In this document: piece by piece, positions 54,148 through 64,000 of the stretch
Layout of the letters: every line of letters begins with the position of its first letter
How positions within the stretch are numbered: position 1 is the stretch's first letter
Assembly (NCBI GenBank): GCA_048772705.1
Contig: JBLWGC010000051.1
Span: forward strand, 62,001 to 126,000
Direction of reading: 5' to 3'
DNA: 64,000 bases
From: Leidyana gryllorum EB-2025a
Lineage: Eukaryota > Protista > Apicomplexa
Notes under the pieces: generated by a model
Told to the model about the DNA's origin: nothing
The model's database searches: none
The model's input: the letters and a program-made list of their open reading frames with translations, nothing else
Position numbers and translations under genes: made by a program

Positions 54148-55233
54148 CTACTGCGGGCCAGTGTATTCGGCAAATGGGATTTGCGACGAATTGTCATAAA
54201 CTTCTCTGACAGACTGATTTCTGCCAGAATATCTATCTCCAGAACCGCGCATCCCAGAAGAAGAAGAAGAGTCCTTCGGAGAGGGGCGGTGACTTCCAGT
54301 CGCCGACTCCGATCCGCCGTACTTGTTGTTACCGCTCCCCCGCACTCCGCTGTTGTTGTTGTATCCCCCATCAGAATATCCGCTGCTCTCCATATACCGG
54401 TCCCGTCGTCTCTCCTCTTGCCGTCCTCTTCCATAGTTACCCGACCCGGCTCCACCCCCATTTTCCTTCGGGTAATGGGCCTCGGGATCCTGAGCAATCG
54501 ACACTAACTCATTCCAGTCATCTCCAGTCAGGAACCATGATTGACCCTCGGCAGGCGATTTCTTTGGCTGTACTTTTGATGAACTCTGACTCGTTGAACT
54601 TGAACCAAAACCACTCTGTACGGGAGCACGTGTTGCTGTTCCGCCCTGTTGTTGCTGCTGATACCCGCCATTGTAGCCTTGTTGGTGGTGCTGCGGCTGC
54701 TGCTGCTGTTGGTAGCCTCCGTATTGGCCGCCATAACCCCCTCCGTAGTGACCTTCTTGGTGACCTCCACCACCGTACTGGCCTCCATAGGCTCCGTATT
54801 GGCCGCCCTGCTGACCCGCGCCGTACTGTCCCCCACCACCGCCATGCTGGCCTCCATAAGCACCGTACTGGCCTCCGCCGCCGCCATGCTGGCCTCCATA
54901 GGCTCCGTATTGGCCGCCCTGCTGACCCCCGCCGTACTGTCCCCCACCACCATACTGATGGCCGCCTCCATTATGGTGTTGATTGGATCCACCATGTTGG
55001 CCGCCGCTGTTGCCTCCACTTTGCTGGCCGCCGCCCAGCATTTTGAGGATAGGTTCAGGGATTCCGCTGCCTTTGACGCTGTTGACAGCGAGAGCCCAGA
55101 TCATATTCTGCTGAGTCTTGGGGAGGTCGGTGAACCATTTGGGTAGAATCGACGCCAATTGAGCGGGGGGACCGAATGCCGAGTCCAGCTTGCCTCCCGA
55201 GAGTGCGCTGACCGCTTGTTGTACGAACTGCAT
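54148..55233 (-). CDS. Gly/Gln/Tyr-rich low-complexity (prion-like) protein
   Basis: Repeats GGQYGAYGGQHGGGG and poly-Q runs. Confidence 0.75.
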   Translation of the reverse strand: MQFVQQAVSALSGGKLDSAFGPPAQLASILPKWFTDLPKTQQNMIWALAVNSVKGSGIPEPILKMLGGGQQSGGNSGGQHGGSNQHHNGGGHQYGGGGQYGGGQQGGQYGAYGGQHGGGGGQYGAYGGQHGGGGGQYGAGQQGGQYGAYGGQYGGGGHQEGHYGGGYGGQYGGYQQQQQPQHHQQGYNGGYQQQQQGGTATRAPVQSGFGSSSTSQSSSKVQPKKSPAEGQSWFLTGDDWNELVSIAQDPEAHYPKENGGGAGSGNYGRGRQEERRRDRYMESSGYSDGGYNNNSGVRGSGNNKYGGSESATGSHRPSPKDSSSSSGMRGSGDRYSGRNQSVREVYDNSSQIPFAEYTGPQ

Positions 55234-55254
55234 CTTGGGCGATGTTTTTTAGGT

Positions 55255-56307
55255 ATGGGATCTGTGATACCAGTATGTCCTCTGTCTAATGATGTGTACC
55301 TTCCGATTGTTGGACTCGGTTGCTACCGGCTGCGAGATGAGGATGAGTGCGGAAGGAAAGTGGAAAAGGCAGTTCGGTCGGCCATCGAACATGGCTATTG
55401 GGCATTAGACACCGCAGAGAGGTACGGTAATGAAGCGGTTATTGGTCGCGTATGGCAGGAGCTCGGGACACCGCCTGGGATCGCCAGGACCCACATTGAC
55501 TCAACCGGTCTATCACCGACAGTCAAGTACGTGACTCCAAAGCAGTGGGAAAACAATCTGGCGAAACCACATGGCGGGTGTTGTGGAGAGGAGGTGCGGG
55601 CTTTCGTTACAACGAAAGTCTTCCCGACGAGCTTTGCTCCAGAGCAGTTCTGGAGCCACGTATATACACACCTGCAGCACTTTGGGCGCAAGTGTGGTGA
55701 TCTGTTGCTGCTTCACTGGCCGGGGATGCCCAAGTCGCTGTGGGAGGACCAGAACGTCGAGCCGGAGATGAACTGCGATGCATTCCGATTTGGTACGTGG
55801 CGACTGATGGAAGAGGCGTACTATCAGAAGAAGTTCCGGGCGATTGGGGTTTCTAACTACTCTGAGCACCACCTCAAGCCTTTGCTCGAAGACATAGCCC
55901 GACGCAAACGGGAAGGGGATGTCAAAGCCGTCTTTCCAATGTGCAATCAGTCCGAGTTCTCACCAATGTTGGGGTGGAATCCAGCACTGATGCAGATAAT
56001 GGAAGAGTACAAAATTGTCGGAGTGGGCTACAGCTCAATGTGTCAGAACCGGCCAGAGTATACTGATCATCCTTTGATACGCGAAATGGTGGCCAAGTAC
56101 GACCGATCGGCAAGTCAGATTGCCCTCCGATTTGTGCTACAGTGTGGACTGGTTGTGATACCCAAGTCGGCTAGTAGTGAGAATCAGAAACTGAACTTAG
56201 AGGCCCTGAGTTTCCACCTCGATGCCAAGGATATGGAGACTTTGAGGGATTTGCAGAAAACCACCGCTATGAGGGTAATTCCAGCGAGTCCGTATGATGT
56301 ATCTTAG
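55255..56307 (+). CDS. Aldo/keto reductase
   Basis: VGLGCY, DTAERYGNE, FVTTKV, LLLHWP, AIGVSNY, QIALRF..Q.G.VVIPKS; Asp-Tyr-Lys-His tetrad present. Confidence 0.93.
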   Translation: MGSVIPVCPLSNDVYLPIVGLGCYRLRDEDECGRKVEKAVRSAIEHGYWALDTAERYGNEAVIGRVWQELGTPPGIARTHIDSTGLSPTVKYVTPKQWENNLAKPHGGCCGEEVRAFVTTKVFPTSFAPEQFWSHVYTHLQHFGRKCGDLLLLHWPGMPKSLWEDQNVEPEMNCDAFRFGTWRLMEEAYYQKKFRAIGVSNYSEHHLKPLLEDIARRKREGDVKAVFPMCNQSEFSPMLGWNPALMQIMEEYKIVGVGYSSMCQNRPEYTDHPLIREMVAKYDRSASQIALRFVLQCGLVVIPKSASSENQKLNLEALSFHLDAKDMETLRDLQKTTAMRVIPASPYDVS

Positions 56308-56409
56308 GGTTTGTGATTGACATTGACGTCTCTCTTTTGGCCTTTTGATTTAAGAATCAGCTGTCGGCTTTGGAGCCCCAATTAAGGAACCTACCTCTAG
56401 GCTTAAAGA

Positions 56410-59100
56410 ATGGTGTTGGAAAACGACTTCGAATCGTCTTCACCCAGTGGCCTACCTCGATGTCAATTGATCACCCCTGAGCTCGAGATTGGCGAAGAAG
56501 TGAATGACTTCATCTCGCTCCTGTGCAATGACTGGGGTTGTGAGCCCTATACAACAATCTGTGTGTGTGGTACTAATCCTACGGGAAAAGGTGAGAGCAA
56601 AATGGCAGGAGATATATATAGTACGGTGTCCGTAATCAGCTATACTTGTCAATGATCTCTTCGGATGTTATTTGAAATCCACTTCGGCGAATCAATCTGT
56701 TCATCGATATTTGCCTGGCCGGCTAGAACTGCCCCATCGTGACAGATCCACACCATCCTTACCGCCTGTTAACGGCGCCTGTATATCAAAGGTTGACAAG
56801 ACCTGTCAATTAGTTATCGAATTAGAGGCCTTCAGTCTTGCGCACAATGAATTCCTCGACCGAGAACGCCGGCTCGCCAAGCTTGGTCTCCTGCTGGCTG
56901 ATGTAGTGCTGTATGCGATAGATCATGAGGATATGATGAGCGAGCGAGCCGAAGTAATTCAAAAGCATCTCTCTCAATTGATTACTCTGCACAACAATTC
57001 GTACACATACTGTCCATCGTGAGAGGAACCGGCTGTAGTGAGGACTGTGTATATATAATCCTTCGCAGACGCCCCCGCATGGGACTCGTCATAGTCGTGT
57101 TGAACTACAAGGGACCGCGCAACAACAGTGAAACTGAGGGTAAACCACGGAAAGAGTATCTGACGCCACATCTTTCTCACTTGCCTTCACAGCTGTCAAA
57201 AGGAAGGTCTGTAGATGGGTAGAATCCTCGATGTGCCCAACACTGCAAGGTTTTAGTTCGAATTTGGAGGATAATGTACGATCTGTCTGCCACGTGTTGC
57301 AGCCTCGATATGAACATTTCCGCTACACCCGGGACCTGCAACGCCTTGAAAGTCAGCTTCGCAGTCCAGAGGTTTGCCGCAAGCTCTCACCCCATTCAAG
57401 CAAACAGTCTGGCGTCTCCAGCCCTCCGTTGGTGCTGCCAACCCTGGAATATCCGTCGACGACACTGACTATTCCTTTAGACTATCTGAAACAATATATC
57501 AACTTGGTGTGGAACGCGATATTGAAAGACATTCCCCCTGCGATCGGGCATTTCCGTGAGCTCGTTTTCCAAAGTACGCACGTGGTGGACGGGAAACTTA
57601 TCTGTTTGGACGAGAACACCAACCTGACACGCGGACTTCGAGACTTTGCGTTTCGCAAATGTATAAAGGATATCCGAACTGAAGAAGACTGCGGCTTTGA
57701 CCGGGACACGACTCCGAAACACTCGGAGCATGTCTCTCGCGCTGTCAGTGAGTTGGGCTCTTCTGCACTCAAACGGGGTAACGTCTCTTTCCGCGGCAGA
57801 ATACTTTGTGGATTTGTGCGAGAGTAAAGGAGCGGCAGTGGAACACGAGGAAATTCAGTCATTGGTACTCGATCTGGCCAAGAGGATTTCGAGAATCCAC
57901 ATCCGGAAGGTTCGAGGATATCTCCAGCAAGCGCACAAGAAGTGCCAGCTGGCCTTGAAACGTGCGAATCGCTGTCACGAAGGCGTGACCAAAGACTGGG
58001 ATCCCGAATTGTGGCTCGAATTGGCGAGTCAATTGAAGATTTGGCAGTATCTTTTCATCAGAGAGGTCACACACCTCAAAGGAAAGAATCTCGGAGTTCT
58101 CATGATACAAGCACGAGACGTTCACTTAGAGCTCGAGTTGATGGACCCCGCTGGATCTGGAAGTACTGTCTCTCATCAGCTTCTCCAGGCCATCAGCGAC
58201 ACCTTCGCGCGTCCCTGGGACGCCAACCGACGACTGATCCGAAGCAAGTTCGGCGAAGAACTCGACAGATGCTCTCCTCGCGCTAGACGGCGACTCTTAG
58301 CTCTCCTTGAGCGCCGCAAAGTCGACGATCTCGTGGGGTCAATTCCACATGACATGCTGAGAGCTGCTCGACATTTGGCCTCCAGCTTTGGCGCTGTCCT
58401 GATGGGTAACTCAATAACACTGCAGAATCCCCCTCACATTCATTCGGCCTCGCCAGAGTACAAAATGTTACGCGCGGACGGCTCCGTGTTCGAGCAGATA
58501 CTGGCCGAAGTGATCCGCTACTTCCAGCATTCGCTCCACGAGCCCGACTGCGCCCCTCACTCGCTCTTTCTCCATCGGTGGCAGTATATCTGCACTCATC
58601 CAGATGCCTTCCCGCATGTCCAAAACTCGATCTGCGCTGTTTGGAAGTTTACCTTCGGTGAGTAACTCTCTCTGATTTCATCAAACGACACACTGCAGCT
58701 GAGATGTTGCCGTCGCTAATGAGCATAGGAGAGCGAATTGCGGTCTTCGCCGCCGCCTTTGGCCTGAACAGTGAATGCTGTCTGGGTGAGAGAGAGAGTC
58801 TGAGTAGTTCCTTCTCCAACACAAAGTAGGCCCGGACTGTCACTTTGGATTCAGCCGAGACGAACTGGTCAACGGAGCAACTTTGGCCCAACGAGTCTCC
58901 GTCACCAAGTTGACCGCTGAGGCTATTGATGTTAAGTTCAGCTGTCCTGACCTTGACGATCTGCGCAACGCGGAGGACTTGCTCCCGCCCAGCTTCCAAA
59001 CTCCAGAGACTCTGAAGCGGTACCCGTCGGCCTGTCTTGAACCCACATTGTCCACCTCGGACGAGGTCACAGTTTCTAGCAATTTAGACTTAGATAGTTA
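56410..59100 (+). CDS. Multi-exon hypothetical protein (weak Zwilch-like segment)
   Basis: Consecutive + strand ORF segments separated by GT..AG motifs; family only tentatively suggested. Confidence 0.45.
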
Positions 59101-59199
59101 GTTAGGAGATTGAATCGAACACCCCCACAACTCTACTATCCTAACCCCCTCTTCTAGGGTACGAGCCACACCTGCCCTCTGAATTTTTGAAGTGAGGTG

Positions 59200-62153
59200 A
59201 TGGCGAAGCGTCGCTCCTCCTTGGGGTCTCAGAGCAGTCAAGCTTCGTTTGCGGGAGATAATGTCAATAAACAGGTGAGTGAGAGTGGCTACGACCGTTC
59301 CTCTATTGACTACGACGGCACCGTAGATCCAAATCATCGACTTTGATGGCAATTTCGCCCGAGACTTCGACAATCATTTGACTCGATTGGGCTTGTCCAA
59401 TTGTGGCTTTGCATTCAATGTCGTCACCGTCCTCGGATGCCAATCGAGTGGAAAGAGTGAGCAAGCAGTCTGGACTGTGGGCCTCCACACTGACGTCCCG
59501 CCCGACAGGTACTCTGTTGAACTCCCTATTCGGGACCAACTTCCCGGAGATGGATGCCATGCAAGGCCGCTCGCAAACCACAAAGGGTGTTTGGGCCGCC
59601 AAGGACCACAAAGGTTCAAAGACTTTAGTCATTGATGTGGAAGGCACGGACTCCAAGGAACGAGGTGAAGATCGGCTGGTGAGCGTTCATTCACCTTTGG
59701 TACCAACTCATCATCACCCATAGACCTTCGAGCATCGGGCCTCCCTGTTCTCGTTGGCTGTAGCTGATGCTGTCATTGTGAACATGTGGTATCACGACCT
59801 CGGACGGTATTCGGCGTCCAACTATGGGTTACTCAAGACGGTTCTGGCTGTCAATTTGGAGCTGTTTCAGCAGGAAGCCGAGTAAGGATGGTTGGTGATC
59901 TCGACATAATGATACCGTACCTTTCACTCCACAGTACCCGGAAAACGACAATGATCTTCGTCATCCGTGACTGGTCTGCCCAGGTCACGCCTATAAGTGA
60001 GTGCCACGGACACTGATATCCCATCCGGTGCGCTATGTACAGATGTATTGCACACCATGTTGATGGATGACTTGAACGACATTTGGAATGACATCAAGAA
60101 GCCTTCCGAATTGTCAAAGTCTCGCCTGTCTGACTTCTTTAAGTTTGTCGTATTTGGTTTACCTTCGAAGATTCAGGATGCCAATGGTTATAAGAGTGGG
60201 GTCCAGGAACTGCGACGCAAGTGAGCTCACAAAGTCTATCGAAACTCTTCGCTGATACGCAACAACAACGTGCAGGTGGCTCGAAGAAGAAGCGCCCGCC
60301 GAATATTCTCGGAATGTGCCGGCTGATGGATTCGCCCAATATGCTCGACAAGTTTGGGGCGCTATTCTCAGCAGCTCTGAGCTCAACATCCCTTCCCAGA
60401 AGGAAATGCTCGCCACCTTCCGCTGTGAGGAGATTCGTTTAGCCACTCTGCGTGAGGTGCTGCCACAACTCAATAACTATGCTTCGGATCCCACTCAATT
60501 ATTTATATCTCACACCCTGGAGGAGATCCTGGGCAGTGCTCTGCGTAAGACCGTGAAACAGTCCTCGTCGGTGCATATCTGCTGCAGACACCTACCATAA
60601 GGATGCTTGGAGATACCAAGAGAATATCTACCTGCGAAAGAGGGACGAGCTCCTGGACAGTCTTTTCCAAGAAGTTCAAAAGCCTCTTGAGAAGTATTTG
60701 TCCGCAACACGTCAACAACTGGTCAAAGATCGGTCCAAAGAATTAGAAGCTCTGTGCAAACGAGACGAATGGAATCCGAGCCTCATGGCGGATGGCTCCA
60801 GTTGCATTCAATTCTGGAGCAACATGCCGAAAGTCCTGTGAGTCAACCAACACGCTCAGTCTTCCCCATCGCAGCGCAGAAATGAATGGACCAATCGAGT
60901 TCTTCACGATTTCGACGAGGCTTGCGGCCAATGTGTGGTGTCTTTCACCGTGGAAATTGATACTCAAGAAGACCCCATATCGTGAGCAAACGACCTTATC
61001 ACACTGTGAAACACTCGCTCAGCATTCCGGTGGAACACTCCTTCGATGTCGAGCTCATACGGCAAACATTGGAAGAGCTCATCTCCGAGGCTGTCAACAA
61101 GATTGTTCGCAAGGAACAACAACGGTTCAACGCTTATATGGAGGAAAGGGTCGATGGTATCCGACCTGAAATCGAAGCCCTATTCCTCGATAAAGCCCTC
61201 AAGAACGAGTCTTACTGGCGCAGCGTCGAGGCCGTCGTCTCCCAACATGCCAACATGATGGAGGAAGAGTTGGGACCCGCTATCGAAGCTATGAACGAGG
61301 AAGGCAAGAAATCCACCATGACCACACGTGATCAGTTGGCGATATTGATCGTGAGATGTCTTCGCAACAACTTGACCAAGCGAGCCGACTTCATGTCAGA
61401 ACTCATATTCCGCCGTTTTGTCTCCTTCTTCGAAGCAGATGACAAGGGAGTGCCGTACTATTGGGCAGGTCTTACACAGGACAAGATCACCAACATATAT
61501 GTCGCTGCACGGGATGAGGCTAATAGTAGGTTCAGAGGCTCAACAATGTTCACCCCACCTTCCTTCAGAGCTCATGCCCATTCTGAACTGCTTTGACCTA
61601 AAATTGAGTAACGTCGTCAGCGAGGATGCAGACATTGCGGAAGGCGATCTACGTAAGCTTGCCATCCGGCATATCATCCCACTTCTCCAGGCGCTTGCTC
61701 CCTCCCTCTGTTCACACCCGCGAAACTGGTCGAGATCAACAAGATTGCTGCCCAAAGGATGCTTAAAGCCTGTCAGGAAGCACAATTCATTCAAGCAAGC
61801 GGGGGGAAAATCACAACACCCGCTTGGTGGTGGTAAGTGGCCGGGTCCAGACCGCAATGTACGTTGACAGGTGGATTATTGTTATGGTCTTGGGCTACAA
61901 TGAGTTCATGGCAGTGTTGCGATCACCGATCTTCTTCACCGTTGCCTTTACCGTCATCCTGGTGGTTTGCGGTGCTTACTGGACCGGAAATATGCAGAAT
62001 CTATATCACACTGGTCGAATGATGATGTCCTTTGGGCTTCGCATGCTGGTGCCCATGATGACTAAGATCGCCGAGCAGGCCGGAGGCTCCCGACAGACTG
62101 TACATGCTCGCGACATCGATGTTGGCAATACACCCACGACCACGGCCACGTGA
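59200..62153 (+). CDS. SEY1: SEY1/RHD3 ER-fusion GTPase, multi-exon
   Basis: [75 protein letters not shown] hairpin [13 protein letters not shown]. Confidence 0.95.
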
Positions 62154-62244
62154 GTGAGTAACTACATAGTCCAGCCGCACACGTCTTCCGTCTTCCACAG
62201 GGGTGATTTGTAAACGACCGCACACGCGTGTGCTAAAGCTCACA

Positions 62245-64000
62245 ATGCAACTATATCTACTTCTAGTCTTCGGGCTGCTCCTTACTGCTTCAGCAGCAGT
62301 CCAAGAGGACGATGAAGACAATCTGGAAGCATTTGCCGAAGATGAGCTAGATTTATCTCCCGATCTGCCAGAGGAACTAGAGGAAGATCACGCGAAACAC
62401 GAAGATGACCATGGCCACCATGAGGATGACAATGAAGGCCATGAGGAGGAAGGCGGCGATGGAAATGCGGAACTCGAAGAAGATCACGCGGAACACGAAG
62501 AAGACCACAAGAATCATGAGGATAATCATGAGGCCCATGAGAAAGACGAGGGCAATGAAGACGCGGAACTCGAAGAAGATCATGAGAATCATGAAGGTGA
62601 CCATGAAGGCCATGAGGACGACCGGGGCAATGGACATTCTGGTGCCCCAGTTCAGCTGAAGATAGAGTCTCACTCACTTGCTCCAGCTCCTGCCCCAGAG
62701 GGACTAGGAGAGAAGGTTGATGAGCTGAAAGAGGAAGTTCATGTGAGTCAGAGACCATAGTCAGCAGCAGTATTGCGTGGTCAGGATTTGGTAGATCGAA
62801 AGAAGCACGAAGTCGAAAGCCCGGACGAAAACCTTGTACTCCAAAATGGTTAGCATGTTCCAGTGGTTGTGCCACGACTCACTTTATCGTCCCTAGCTCG
62901 GGCAATGCATGAGGTTCATGAGGACGCATACAATGCTGCTCAGGAACACGCCCACCAGGCTCTTGAGGAAGAGGCAGAGGTTAGTTGTAGGTAGTATAGA
63001 GTCGACACGAGGTTAGGCGGCACATGACGGCGAGCTGAAGGCTGAGCATAAAGCTGCTCACGACACAGAGATACAACAGGATATGCGAGACGTTCATCAC
63101 TTAGAAGGTAGCGCCAACCTCTTTGTTATACCAATACAATCATAACCAAGGTGTTGTGAATGCTGAGAACCGACTGTCTGAATATGGAAAGGTGAGTACC
63201 ACACATCTGCCATCTATGTCGCCTTCAGACTGCTCTCGGTGAGTGGAATCCTTGCGATCGCTCAGTCAGCTTCTACAGATCGTTTGGAGCACAACTGGGA
63301 GGTTGAGGAAGCAGATGAGACGGCTCGAGATCACGCTGGTGAGTTGAAGCTTGCTAGACCCAACTTCTATTCTGGTGAAGAGGAGGCGGCTTTGAAGGCA
63401 GCAGGCGAAGGTGAAAATCAGGATGAACTGATTGGAGATGCAGAGAAATTCGTGGAAGGAGCCAAGGACGTGGCGGGGGCAGCCGATGACGAGCTGAACA
63501 GTCTGATAGAGAATGAGAAAAAACACCTCATTCATCACCAAGTAGAGCACCAGTTAGAAATTGAATGTCCTGAGGGGTGGGTCCCGCGACCTCCCGCCGA
63601 TGAGGAGGAGTCGGAGGGTGCAGACATTGAGGTGGAGACTGAGCACGTCATTCCACCCTGTCCTGTGGCGTACTTATCAGCCCCGTGTCCATGTGAGTGG
63701 TTCCAATGATTTCTCTTTTCCATCCGACTGCAGGTGTGGCCATGGCCTTCGAAGGAGCGACGACACCTCATCCTGAGCCAGAGGAGGCCACTGAGGAACC
63801 TGAGGAGCCTACGGCGGTGGGCTCAGAAATCTCTGAGCACGACCAGGAGCCCGGGCCGGCCCCAGAGGCTGAAGACTGCGAAGCAGTGGTGGTAAGTCGC
63901 ACAATACCCTTCCTCTTTCGATCTTTGCTTCAGAACGAACTGATGGATAAGGTGACAAATCAAACATGATGTTCAGACAATTTCAAATTCAGTACGGAGA
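62245..64000 (+). CDS. Secreted His/Glu/Asp-rich repeat protein, multi-exon, continues beyond window
   Basis: Signal peptide MQLYLLLVFGLLLTASAA; repeated ELEEDH..HE.DH..HE units; further acidic exons to the window end. Confidence 0.75.

Noticed and set aside
1-64000. tRNA, rRNA, CRISPR arrays, transposases, and the many antisense/shadow ORFs in the track
   Set aside because: No cloverleaf, rRNA, repeat-spacer or transposase signatures seen; most short ORFs overlap recognised genes on the opposite strand or in another frame

Overview
Very gene-dense eukaryotic DNA with short GT-AG introns (mostly about 40-55 nt) and intergenic spacers often under 50 nt. The gene content (EF-hand/PH/kinase CDPK7 architecture, pyrimidine salvage enzymes, compact layout) suggests an apicomplexan, most plausibly a gregarine-like gut parasite; this is inference. 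Housekeeping genes include RPS2, RNase H1, a UBX protein, SERBP1-like, IscA, proteasome alpha-3, TBCB, a nucleotide-sugar transporter, AAR2, RPL22, CDPK7, XPO1, SEY1 and a U1 snRNA gene absent from the ORF track. Among them lies a set of intronless, bacterial-looking enzymes: a CoA-acylating aldehyde dehydrogenase of the EutE/PduP (microcompartment) family next to a Zn/NADP alcohol dehydrogenase (21.2-24.3 kb), and three tandem HSL-family esterases (one with Ser->Asp at the nucleophile) abutting a head-to-head pair of further alcohol dehydrogenases (39.7-46.2 kb). Together they may form a horizontally acquired, locally expanded ester/alcohol/aldehyde/acyl-CoA module. Other candidates: an unexplained multi-hairpin RNA at 17.5-17.7 kb, an unusually long structured intron in the proteasome gene, a NELF-A-like protein, an NBD-only Hsp70-like protein, a fused active/dead cytidine deaminase and a possible Zwilch-like protein. 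All homology calls come from motif recognition by eye; no searches were run.
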